Positions 11,661 to 19,544 of a stretch of 64,000 nucleotides of DNA are shown here, one piece after another. The DNA is taken from assembly GCA_034431315.1 (NCBI GenBank), contig DAOUDK010000065.1, positions 8,542 to 72,541 on the forward strand, read 5' to 3'. The position numbers were made by a program, and so were the translations under genes. The stretch is from Anaerolineae bacterium. Lineage in GTDB: Bacteria > Chloroflexota > Anaerolineae > VGOG01. Under the pieces are notes generated by a model. It saw nothing but the letters and a program-made list of their open reading frames with translations. It ran no database searches and had not been told where the DNA came from. How positions within the stretch are numbered: position 1 is the first letter of the stretch; each line of letters opens with the position of its first letter.

Positions 11661-12365
11661 ATGAATCTGTCTGAATTAGAGAAAACACTAGGAATCACTT
11701 TCGACGACAAGTCGCTCTTGCAGCGGGCTCTCACTCACCGTTCCTATCTCAACGAGAAACCCGACTATCCGCTGTCCGACAACGAGCGACTGGAGTTCCT
11801 GGGCGATGCGGTGCTCGACTTCCTCACAGCGAAGTACCTCTACAATCGTTTCCCGGAGATAGCAGAAGGGGGGATGACGAGCCTGCGCGCTGCCCTGGTC
11901 AAGGGGGAGACGTTGGCCCACTTTGCTGCGGCTCTGAACCTGGGCGAATATCTGCTGCTGAGTCACGGCGAGGCGGAGAGCGGCGGTCGGGAGCGCCAGG
12001 CTATCCTCTGCGCCGCCTTCGAGGCGCTGGTGGGAGCGATCCTCCTAGATCAGGGACTTCAAGCTGTCGAGGGTCTCGTCCTGAGATGCATTGAGCCTGA
12101 GATCAGGCACATCCTCGAGGAGGAACTGTACAAAGATGCCAAGAGCATGCTGCAGGAGCTAGCTCAGGCCCAGCTTCAGATAACGCCCATCTACCGTACC
12201 GTAGCCGAGCGAGGCCCCGACCACGCCAAAGAGTTCACCATCGAGGTGATCATCGGCGATGAGGCTTACGGTCAAGGTACCGGGCACAACAAGCAAGATG
12301 CCGAGCAGGAAGCAGCTAAAATAGCCCTGCTGAGACTCAGACCTTTAGGGTTTTCGAAACCCTAA
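11661..12365 (+). CDS. rnc: ribonuclease III
   Basis: RNase III signature ERLEFLGDAV plus C-terminal dsRBD. Confidence 0.9.
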   Translation: MNLSELEKTLGITFDDKSLLQRALTHRSYLNEKPDYPLSDNERLEFLGDAVLDFLTAKYLYNRFPEIAEGGMTSLRAALVKGETLAHFAAALNLGEYLLLSHGEAESGGRERQAILCAAFEALVGAILLDQGLQAVEGLVLRCIEPEIRHILEEELYKDAKSMLQELAQAQLQITPIYRTVAERGPDHAKEFTIEVIIGDEAYGQGTGHNKQDAEQEAAKIALLRLRPLGFSKP

Positions 12366-12372
12366 AGGTCTC
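12340..12372 (+). other. perfect 15-bp hairpin spanning the rnc stop codon
   Basis: agacctttagggttt-tcg-aaaccctaaaggtct. The TAA stop lies in the 3' arm. Confidence 0.5.
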
Positions 12373-12375
12373 CGG

Positions 12376-12404
12376 TTGACACCGATTCCAATAAGCTGTA
12401 TAAT
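12376..12404 (+). promoter_or_regulatory. consensus sigma70 promoter TTGACA-17-TATAAT
   Basis: Exact TTGACA at 12376, 17-nt spacer, exact TATAAT at 12399, upstream of the smc leader. Confidence 0.5.
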
Positions 12405-12427
12405 TTACCGTGAATTGGAGTGAAACA

Positions 12428-12455
12428 GGGAGAAACGCCTTTCTCCCGCTTTTTG
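12428..12455 (+). terminator. leader hairpin plus T-run (attenuator-like) between the promoter and smc
   Basis: gggagaaa-cgcc-tttctccc followed by gcttttt. Confidence 0.35.
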
Positions 12456-12488
12456 TGTAGTGATGACATTGCGACGGGCAAAGGTATA

Positions 12489-12550
12489 CGATGGGCGAAG
12501 GTCTCCTGACCGAGCCCTCTGCGCCCGGTCAGAGACCTTCGGCGATCAAT
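12489..12550. repeat. 62-bp REP-like palindromic element, copy 1
   Basis: cgatgggcgaaggtctcc..ggagaccttcggcgatcaa. Near-identical copy at 21344..21404. Confidence 0.6.
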
Positions 12551-12573
12551 AGTTAGGCACAGGGAGAAAGAGA

Positions 12574-15500
12574 TTGCGCCTTAAGCGTCTGGAGCTACAG
12601 GGTTATAAAACCTTCGCCACCAAGACGGAGTTCGCGTTCGAGGACGGGATCACGGCTATCGTGGGACCCAACGGCAGCGGCAAGTCGAACATCGCCGACG
12701 CCATACGCTGGGTACTGGGCGAGCGGAGCCACAGCGTACTCAGGGCCAAGCGCACCGAGGACATGATCTTCTGGGGCAGCGAAAGGCGCTCCCGCCAGGG
12801 CATGGCCCAGGCCTCCATCACCCTGGACAACAGCGATGGCGGACTGCCCACGGAATACAGCGAAGTGACCATCAGCCGCCGCGCCTACCGCTCAGGCGAG
12901 AACGAATACTTCTTGAACGGCAGTCGGGTCAGATTAAAGGACATCACCGAGCTTTTGGATAAAGGCGGCCTGGGCCGCCGAGCCTACAACGTCATCGGCC
13001 AGGGGCTGGTGGACGCCGTCCTGTCGCTGCGGCCCGATGAGCGACGAGCTATCTTCGAAGAGGCGGCCGGCATCAGCATCCACCAGGCCAAGCGCACGGA
13101 GGCCATCAACAAGCTGGAGCAAACCAGGGACAACATCCTCCGGGGCAACGACCTCGTTAACGAGATCGCCCCCCGACTCAAGCGGCTGGAGAAGCAAGCC
13201 CAGCGGGCACAGCAGCACGGGGCACTGTCCCAGCAACTGGAGAAACTCTTGGGCACCTGGTACGCTTATCGCTGGCGAAAGGCCCAAACGGCCCTCCGCC
13301 AGGCCGAGGCCAGGGCTACGGAGCGCCAAGAGCTATCGCGGGAGCGCGAGGCCGAGCTGGAGGAACTGGAATCGCGGAAAGCTGAATTGAGAACTCAGCA
13401 GAGCCAATTGCGGCAGAAGCTCGGCGACTGGCACTCGAAAGAAACCAACCTGCAGGCCCAGGCAGAGGAGAAAAAGCGGGAGCTGGCCGTAAGTGAGGAA
13501 CGGCTGCGGCTCCTCAATCAACAGAGCGAGGACATCGCGCAGGAGATAGCATCCCTGGAGGCTAACCGAGCGGCTCAACTGGAGAGGGTGGCGGAGGCCC
13601 AGGAAGAGCTAAGCCGGGCCGAGACTCAGCTCCAAGAGCGACTGATTCATCTACCAAAGGCCCAGGAGCAATTGGAGGCCCGCAAGAGGAAGCGACAGGC
13701 CGTCCTGGAGGAACTGACCGAGGCTCAAGACCAGGCCTTTCAGTTGGCCACCGAAGCCGCCGACCGGCGCAACCGCCTGACGCAACTCTCCGAGCGACGG
13801 GAGGAGCTGGGCCAAGAGGTGGAAGATCACCGCCAGGCCCTGGCCGAACATCAAGCTAAGATGACGGCCTTGCAAGAACAAATCGAGACTCTAAAAGGCG
13901 AGTTAGAGGCCATTGAAGCCGAGGCCGATTCACTGATCCTTCAAAAGCAGGAGATAGAGCAAGAGAGCGAGGCATCGCGAGAACGCCAGGTTCAGTTGCA
14001 GGCCGCCCTGGCCAGGATCAAGCAAGAGGAGATTGGACTGCAGGCCCGCTACGATTTGCTGGAGAGGATGAGGCAAGAGGAATCAGGCTACTACGCTGGT
14101 GCGGATACGGTGCTCCAGGCGGCCAGGGACGGTCGGCTGAGCGGTATCGTTGGCCCTGTGGCCAGCTTGATACAGGTGCCCGCCGAGCTGGACACGGCCA
14201 TCGAAACGGCCTTGGGTCCGCATCTGCACGACGTCGTGGTGGAAACCCTGGCCGATGCCGGGGCAGCCATCCATTTCCTAAAACGTACCAGAGGGGGGCG
14301 AGCCACCTTCCTGCCGCTGGACAGAATCATGGCTGCCGAGAAACCCAGCCCGTCCGTAATCGAGGGCGTCATCGGCCCAGCCGTTGACCTGGTGAAATTC
14401 GAGCAGAGGCTAGCCCAGGTGGGGCACTGCTTGTTGGGACGAGTCATCATCGTCCGTGATTTCGAGACCGCCCTGCGCCTGCTGACTCGCTTCAGTTCCC
14501 TCAGCATAGTGACTCTGACCGGTGAAATCATCGGCGCCGACGGGCCCGTCACCGGCGGGCCGGCGCGAGGCCGAGGCAGGGGCATACTAGCCCGCGAACG
14601 AGAGTGGCGCGAGTTGCCCCAACACCTGGCCGAGACCCAGAAACGCCGCTCCGATTTGGAGAAGAAGTGTCAGGCCGAGGAGGCCAACCAACACCGTTTG
14701 CTGGAGAAGCTGGCGAGCTTGGGGAAGAAGGAAGACGAGATCGAAGCGAGGGAGGGGGTCAAGCTAGAGAAACTAGCCTCTCAAGAGCGACAGACCGAAC
14801 TCCTGGGCCAGGAGATGGGATGGCGGCGGACCATAGAGGATCAACTGAAGGCCGAGACGGGAGCCCTGGACGAGAAAGAAACACTGCTCACCAAGGAACT
14901 GGAAGGTCTGAAAGAGGAGGAGACAAAAACCCAACAGCGTATCCTGGCCTTAAAGGCGCGCCTGGACACTCTGAGTGTCGAGGAGCTAGAGGCGAGGCTG
15001 GCCGAATTGAAGACCGCCGTAGCCGTGGCCAAGCAAGGCTGCGAGAACCAGAGGACTGTCTGGCAGAACTTGCAAGCCGGTTTGATCCAATTGGATGAGC
15101 AGGTATCAGCCAAGAAGGAGAAGGAAACACAACTGACGGCGGAAAGTCGGGAGCTGGTCACCCGGATCGAGGATCTACGACTTGGCTCCAGGGAACTGCT
15201 GCATCAAATCCAAACCGTGGCCCAGCTCGTCGAGCCAAGCGAGGCAGAGCTGGCCGACTTGGAGAGCGAGCAAGTTGATCTGGAAAAGACAGAGACTCGA
15301 CTTCGGCCCTTGCTCCGCGAATACGAAAGCCTGCAGGGTCAAGCCGTGCTGAAGGTGGAGCGTCGCAAAGACGAGCTGACTAGCCTGCTGCACCAGATCG
15401 AGAATGACCTGGGCCCTTCGGCGGAGTTTACACTGAGCGCAGTCGAAGTGCTCAGGACAAGCCTGGTGGAGATGGAGACCGACGACCATGTCCCCCCGCT

Positions 15501-16179
15501 GTCCCCCAGCGAAGAGCCGCCGCCCGGCCTGGAAGAGGAGATCAGACAACTGAGGGCGCAGATCAAGCATCTGGGTCCGGTCAATCCCAACGCGCCCGCT
15601 GAATACGAGGAGATTCTGGAGCGCTATAGATTCCTCACGGCTCAGGCCGGGGATTTGGAAGAGGCGGCCGGGGATCTCCGCCAGGTGATCGGCGAGCTGG
15701 ACGAATTGATGAAGAGAGACTTCAAAGAGACGTTTGAGGCGGTGCGCAGGGAGTTCGAGGAGTATTTCGTGTCGCTGTTCGGCGGAGGTGCAGCCGAGCT
15801 GGTACTTACCGAGCCTGACAATTTGATGGAGACGGGAGTTGACATCGTAGCCCGGCCGCCGGGGCGACGGAAGCAAAGCCTGGCGATGCTGTCCGGAGGG
15901 GAGAGAGCCTTGACGGCGGTGGCCCTGATCTTCGCCATCCTGAAGACCAGCCCTACCCCCTTCTGCTTCCTGGACGAAGTGGACGCTACCCTGGACGAGA
16001 GCAACATCGGCCGCTTTCGGGACGCGCTGCAAGAGCTATCGGAGCGCACTCAATTCATCGTCATCACCCACAACCGGGGCACCGTCGAAGTAGCCGACAC
16101 CATCTACGGCATCTCCATGGGCGAGGACAGCATCTCCAGAGTCATCTCCCTGAAGTTGGACGATGTTGTGCAGGAGTAA
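12574..16179 (+). CDS. smc: chromosome segregation protein SMC
   Basis: N-terminal Walker A GPNGSGKSN, long coiled coils, hinge, C-terminal LSGGE signature and Walker B. TTG start after GGGAGAAAGAG. Confidence 0.9.
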   Translation: MRLKRLELQGYKTFATKTEFAFEDGITAIVGPNGSGKSNIADAIRWVLGERSHSVLRAKRTEDMIFWGSERRSRQGMAQASITLDNSDGGLPTEYSEVTISRRAYRSGENEYFLNGSRVRLKDITELLDKGGLGRRAYNVIGQGLVDAVLSLRPDERRAIFEEAAGISIHQAKRTEAINKLEQTRDNILRGNDLVNEIAPRLKRLEKQAQRAQQHGALSQQLEKLLGTWYAYRWRKAQTALRQAEARATERQELSREREAELEELESRKAELRTQQSQLRQKLGDWHSKETNLQAQAEEKKRELAVSEERLRLLNQQSEDIAQEIASLEANRAAQLERVAEAQEELSRAETQLQERLIHLPKAQEQLEARKRKRQAVLEELTEAQDQAFQLATEAADRRNRLTQLSERREELGQEVEDHRQALAEHQAKMTALQEQIETLKGELEAIEAEADSLILQKQEIEQESEASRERQVQLQAALARIKQEEIGLQARYDLLERMRQEESGYYAGADTVLQAARDGRLSGIVGPVASLIQVPAELDTAIETALGPHLHDVVVETLADAGAAIHFLKRTRGGRATFLPLDRIMAAEKPSPSVIEGVIGPAVDLVKFEQRLAQVGHCLLGRVIIVRDFETALRLLTRFSSLSIVTLTGEIIGADGPVTGGPARGRGRGILAREREWRELPQHLAETQKRRSDLEKKCQAEEANQHRLLEKLASLGKKEDEIEAREGVKLEKLASQERQTELLGQEMGWRRTIEDQLKAETGALDEKETLLTKELEGLKEEETKTQQRILALKARLDTLSVEELEARLAELKTAVAVAKQGCENQRTVWQNLQAGLIQLDEQVSAKKEKETQLTAESRELVTRIEDLRLGSRELLHQIQTVAQLVEPSEAELADLESEQVDLEKTETRLRPLLREYESLQGQAVLKVERRKDELTSLLHQIENDLGPSAEFTLSAVEVLRTSLVEMETDDHVPPLSPSEEPPPGLEEEIRQLRAQIKHLGPVNPNAPAEYEEILERYRFLTAQAGDLEEAAGDLRQVIGELDELMKRDFKETFEAVRREFEEYFVSLFGGGAAELVLTEPDNLMETGVDIVARPPGRRKQSLAMLSGGERALTAVALIFAILKTSPTPFCFLDEVDATLDESNIGRFRDALQELSERTQFIVITHNRGTVEVADTIYGISMGEDSISRVISLKLDDVVQE

Positions 16180-16206
16180 ATCCCCCATGGCACCAACTTT
16201 GCCGTA

Positions 16207-16254
16207 GAAAATCAAAGAGCCGCCTGGCTTCCACCAGGCGGCTCCTTTGCTTTT
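16207..16254. terminator. bidirectional rho-independent terminator between convergent smc and frdA
   Basis: gagccgcctgg-cttcca-ccaggcggctc flanked by an A-run and a T-run. Confidence 0.6.
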
Positions 16255-16258
16255 ACCC

Positions 16259-17872
16259 TCACCGCACTTTCCGCGTATAATCGGGCAACAAGATGGGGGA
16301 CACGATGGGGTCCTCTATCCCCGCCTCCTCCAGCTTTTTGTGCCACTCATCCACGTGGGCCAGGGTCAGTTTGCCTGGCTCCACCTCTTTGGACCGGAGG
16401 GCCGCGGCCCGGCCAGCGCGGCGGCCGAAGACGTTTATCTCCAACAGCGAGTTGCCCATCAGGCGGTTGCGGCCATGCACCCCGCCGGTGACCGCTCCGG
16501 CCGCGTACAGGTTGGGCACTCCCTCAATGGAACCATCGGGCTTGATGAATATGCCGCCGTTCTGGTAGTGCGCCGTGGGGTAAACCAACATGGGATCCAC
16601 TGTGATGTCAATGTCAAAGCGCTTGAACTGGCGCACCATGGCCGGCAATCTCGCCTCAATGGTGCCAGGGCCGTGGATGACGTCAATCATGGGGGAATCC
16701 AACCACACGCCCTTCATGCCCGCTGGCGTCTCCACCCCCTTCCCTCGTTCGCTACACTCCCTGATTACGGCTGCGGCCTCGGCGTCGCGAGTCTCCAGGT
16801 GATAGACGAACTGCTCGCCCTCAATGTTGACCACCTGGGCTCCCAGGCCACGCACCTTGGCCGTCACCAGTTGGCCCACGATCTGCTCCGGGTAGGCGGC
16901 GCCGGTGGGGTGGAATTGATAGGTGTCTTGATGAAGCAACCTGCCCCCCACCCGATAGGCCAGCACCAGTCCATCCCCCGTGGCCCCGTAGTGATTAGTG
17001 GTGGCGAAGCTCTGGTAATGCAGGCGACCGGTGTCGCCGGTGGCGATGATAGTGCACCTGGCCCTCACCACCAGGTGCTCCCCCGTCTCCAGGTTCTGCA
17101 AGATAGCTCCCGCCACCTGGCCCTTATCGTCCCTGAGAAGCTCGATGGCCGGGGCGAACTCCAAAACGGTGATGTCTTCGGGATAGCTGCGCACCTCATC
17201 GCGCAGGGGGCGCATGATTCCCGCCCCGGTGTAGTCTCGCGCCGCGTGCATCCGCTTGCGGGAAGTCCCGCCACCATGGATGGTGAACATGGCGCCGTCG
17301 GGCCCCTTGTCGAACATCACGCCCAGTTCCTCCAGCCACTGGATGACCAAGGGAGCATCAATCACCATGGCCTCGACCAGGCCCGGGTCATTGGTGTAGC
17401 GCCCCCCGCCTATGACGTCCAGGTAGTGGATGACGGGCGAATCGTTGGGCTTGTCGGCAGCCTGTATGCCCCCCTGGGCCATCATGGTGTTGGCATCGCC
17501 AAAACGCAGCTTGTTGGCTATGATCGCCTTGGCCCCGTTCTCCCTGGCCAGGAGAGCTGCCGAGGCCCCCGCCCCACCTCCGCCGATGATCAACACATCG
17601 GTATCGTAATCAATCTGCTCCAAATCGAGTGCGTCCGAGGTAAGGTGGCTGCGGCCCTCCAGGATGTCCACCAGCTCCTTCATGGCTTTCTCTCCCCTGT
17701 TGGGCCCAACTCTTATCTCGCGAAAGCCCTCGGCCCGATAATCGGGGTGAAACCTCTCCAACAGGCGTTCCTTCACCTCCGGGTCCAGCCTGGGGAAAGG
17801 CTGATCCAGTCGGGCTGGCCGAGTAGCCTCTACTTTCTTGATGGACTCGCGCATTTCAGGTGTATAGCTCAT
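16259..17872 (-). CDS. fumarate reductase/succinate dehydrogenase flavoprotein-like subunit (non-covalent FAD type)
   Basis: FAD-binding DVLIIGGGGAGASAA and FrdA/SdhA/NadB-like fold. The covalent-FAD His is absent (ANTMMAQGG). Confidence 0.8.
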   Translation of the reverse strand: MSYTPEMRESIKKVEATRPARLDQPFPRLDPEVKERLLERFHPDYRAEGFREIRVGPNRGEKAMKELVDILEGRSHLTSDALDLEQIDYDTDVLIIGGGGAGASAALLARENGAKAIIANKLRFGDANTMMAQGGIQAADKPNDSPVIHYLDVIGGGRYTNDPGLVEAMVIDAPLVIQWLEELGVMFDKGPDGAMFTIHGGGTSRKRMHAARDYTGAGIMRPLRDEVRSYPEDITVLEFAPAIELLRDDKGQVAGAILQNLETGEHLVVRARCTIIATGDTGRLHYQSFATTNHYGATGDGLVLAYRVGGRLLHQDTYQFHPTGAAYPEQIVGQLVTAKVRGLGAQVVNIEGEQFVYHLETRDAEAAAVIRECSERGKGVETPAGMKGVWLDSPMIDVIHGPGTIEARLPAMVRQFKRFDIDITVDPMLVYPTAHYQNGGIFIKPDGSIEGVPNLYAAGAVTGGVHGRNRLMGNSLLEINVFGRRAGRAAALRSKEVEPGKLTLAHVDEWHKKLEEAGIEDPIVSPILLPDYTRKVR

Positions 17873-17880
17873 AGCGTATC

Positions 17881-17960
17881 TCCTCTTTTTGGAGATTAGA
17901 GGTTAGAGGTTAGAGATTGGAGGCCATCGTCCAACGTCCAATTTCCAACTTCCAACATCC
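17881..17960. repeat. tandem heptamer array in the frdA leader (GTTGGAN x5, then CTCTAAC x3)
   Basis: Direct reading. On the sense (minus) strand there are six GGA-containing heptamers upstream of the RBS. Confidence 0.7.
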
Positions 17961-17967
17961 AACTTCC

Positions 17968-18648
17968 CTAAGCCGGCTCGATGTCCCGCTCATTGTATCT
18001 CTGGCGCAATTCCTCGTCGCTCAGGGACCTTATCTCCCTCATCGGCTCATCGAACTTGCCAGCCTTGATCTCCGCCACCCGCTCGCTCAGATGCTCGGCC
18101 TTGGGAGCCAGGTATTTGCCGTAGAGACGGCGGCAGAGGATGGCGATGTTGTACTGCGCCTCCTCGGCCGGGCAGCGAGCCGTGCAGAGGCCGCACATGA
18201 TGCAGTCGAAGGACTTGTCGGCGACAGCGGCGATGTTGCCTCGCATGGCCTCGGCCATGTAATCCTTGACATCTATGTCCTGAGGGCAAGATTTAGTACA
18301 CGTACCGCAGCTCAGGCAGCGCAGCAACTCAGGATAGATCTGGACCAGGGTCTCAAAGGTCGGCTCCAGCTCATCCAACTTATACAGGGCTCGCTCGGCA
18401 GGAAAGAAGGGGATCTGGGCGATGTACATTTCGGGTTCCACCACCGTCTGACAGGCCAGGGCCACCTTGAGCCTGTAATCGCCCGCCGTACGATAGACGG
18501 TGGCACAGGCCCCGCAGAAGCCGCCACGGCAGCCCACGCCCCGCACCAACTTGTAGCCGGCATATTCCATAGCCTTCATAATGGTCAGGCTGGGGGGCAC
18601 CTCGTACCCCTTGCCCATGATGTAGATGGAAATCAGTTCTTCAGACAT
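17968..18648 (-). CDS. fumarate reductase/succinate dehydrogenase iron-sulfur subunit-like
   Basis: N-terminal 2Fe-2S motif (CRGGFCGAC) plus two CxxCxxCxxxCP motifs. ATG at 18648 after GGAGG; the longer ORF is an extension through GC-rich DNA. Confidence 0.8.
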   Translation of the reverse strand: MSEELISIYIMGKGYEVPPSLTIMKAMEYAGYKLVRGVGCRGGFCGACATVYRTAGDYRLKVALACQTVVEPEMYIAQIPFFPAERALYKLDELEPTFETLVQIYPELLRCLSCGTCTKSCPQDIDVKDYMAEAMRGNIAAVADKSFDCIMCGLCTARCPAEEAQYNIAILCRRLYGKYLAPKAEHLSERVAEIKAGKFDEPMREIRSLSDEELRQRYNERDIEPA

Positions 18649-18811
18649 TGCAAAACCTCCATGCCCCCTCCCCCAGCCCCTCTCCCCCCGCCCCCCCAAC
18701 TCTGGGGGGGAAGCGGGGGAGGGGAGCTTAGTTCCCCCTTCTCCCAAGGCTTGTCCTGAGCCTGCCGAAGGGTTGGGAGAAGGGGGCCAGGGGGATGAGG
18801 GCCAAAACAAA
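18649..18811. repeat. poly-C/poly-G palindromic intergenic region
   Basis: ccccctcccccagcccctctccccccgccccccc...gggggggaagcgggggaggggag. C7/G7 homopolymer runs form inverted repeats. Confidence 0.6.
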
Positions 18812-19456
18812 CTAGCTCTCCCGCACGTCCACCATTTCCATACCCAGAGCTTCCATGGCCGATACCAATTCGTCTTGCCCCAGCTCGGCGACCTTAACCG
18901 TGATCAGGCGATTGGAGGGATCATCTCCCAGGAAGGTTCCTAAGCTGATGATGTTGCCGCCCATTTCAGCTATATCGCGGGTGATGGTGGCCAGCATACC
19001 CGTCTGCTCCGGGACAAGCATGGTTAGTCTAATGCCCTTCTCCCTGGCCCCGAAGAGTTCCAGAAAGATCTTGAAGGCATCCGTCTCGGTGATGATGCCC
19101 ACCAGCTTGCCATCGCGCATCACGGGCAGGCTGCCGATTTTGTTGTCGGCCATGATGCGGGCCGCCTCCTCCAGCGGAGTGTACTCGGTCGCGGTGATCA
19201 CATCCTTGCACATCACGTCCTGCACCTTGATCTTGGAGATAAGGTAGTGCAGCTCGTGGACGCTCAACGACGTGGCTGGCGAGGGCGAGACGTACAACAA
19301 GTCTTTCTCGGTAATGATGCCCACCAGCTTACCCTCCTTGTCCAATACAGGCAACCGGCGCACCTTCGACTCCCGCATGAGCTTAAGAGCTTCCTCGATA
19401 GGAGTATCGGGAGCAGTGGTAACAGGGCGCTTGGTCATCCTTTCACCTACTAGCAT
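18812..19456 (-). CDS. CBS-domain pair protein with C-terminal ACT-like domain
   Basis: Two CBS motifs (GIITEKDLL, GIITETDAF). AAGGAGG RBS. Confidence 0.75.
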   Translation of the reverse strand: MLVGERMTKRPVTTAPDTPIEEALKLMRESKVRRLPVLDKEGKLVGIITEKDLLYVSPSPATSLSVHELHYLISKIKVQDVMCKDVITATEYTPLEEAARIMADNKIGSLPVMRDGKLVGIITETDAFKIFLELFGAREKGIRLTMLVPEQTGMLATITRDIAEMGGNIISLGTFLGDDPSNRLITVKVAELGQDELVSAMEALGMEMVDVRES

Positions 19457-19460
19457 TTTC

Positions 19461-19544
19461 GCACCTCCTTATTGGTCTATTGGTCTTTTTGTCCGTTGGT
19501 CTGTTGGTCCTTGCTTTTGAGCTTTGAACTTTGAGCTTTGAGCT
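19461..19544. repeat. tandem heptamer array (GCTCAAA x4 and GACCAAY x4 on the sense strand) in the CBS-gene leader
   Basis: Direct reading between the hdrA stop and the CBS-gene start. Confidence 0.7.

Noticed and set aside
16247-17899. 550-aa plus-strand ORF antisense to the FrdA-like flavoprotein gene
   Set aside because: The minus-strand product has clear FAD-binding and FrdA/SdhA homology. The plus-strand translation is low complexity.
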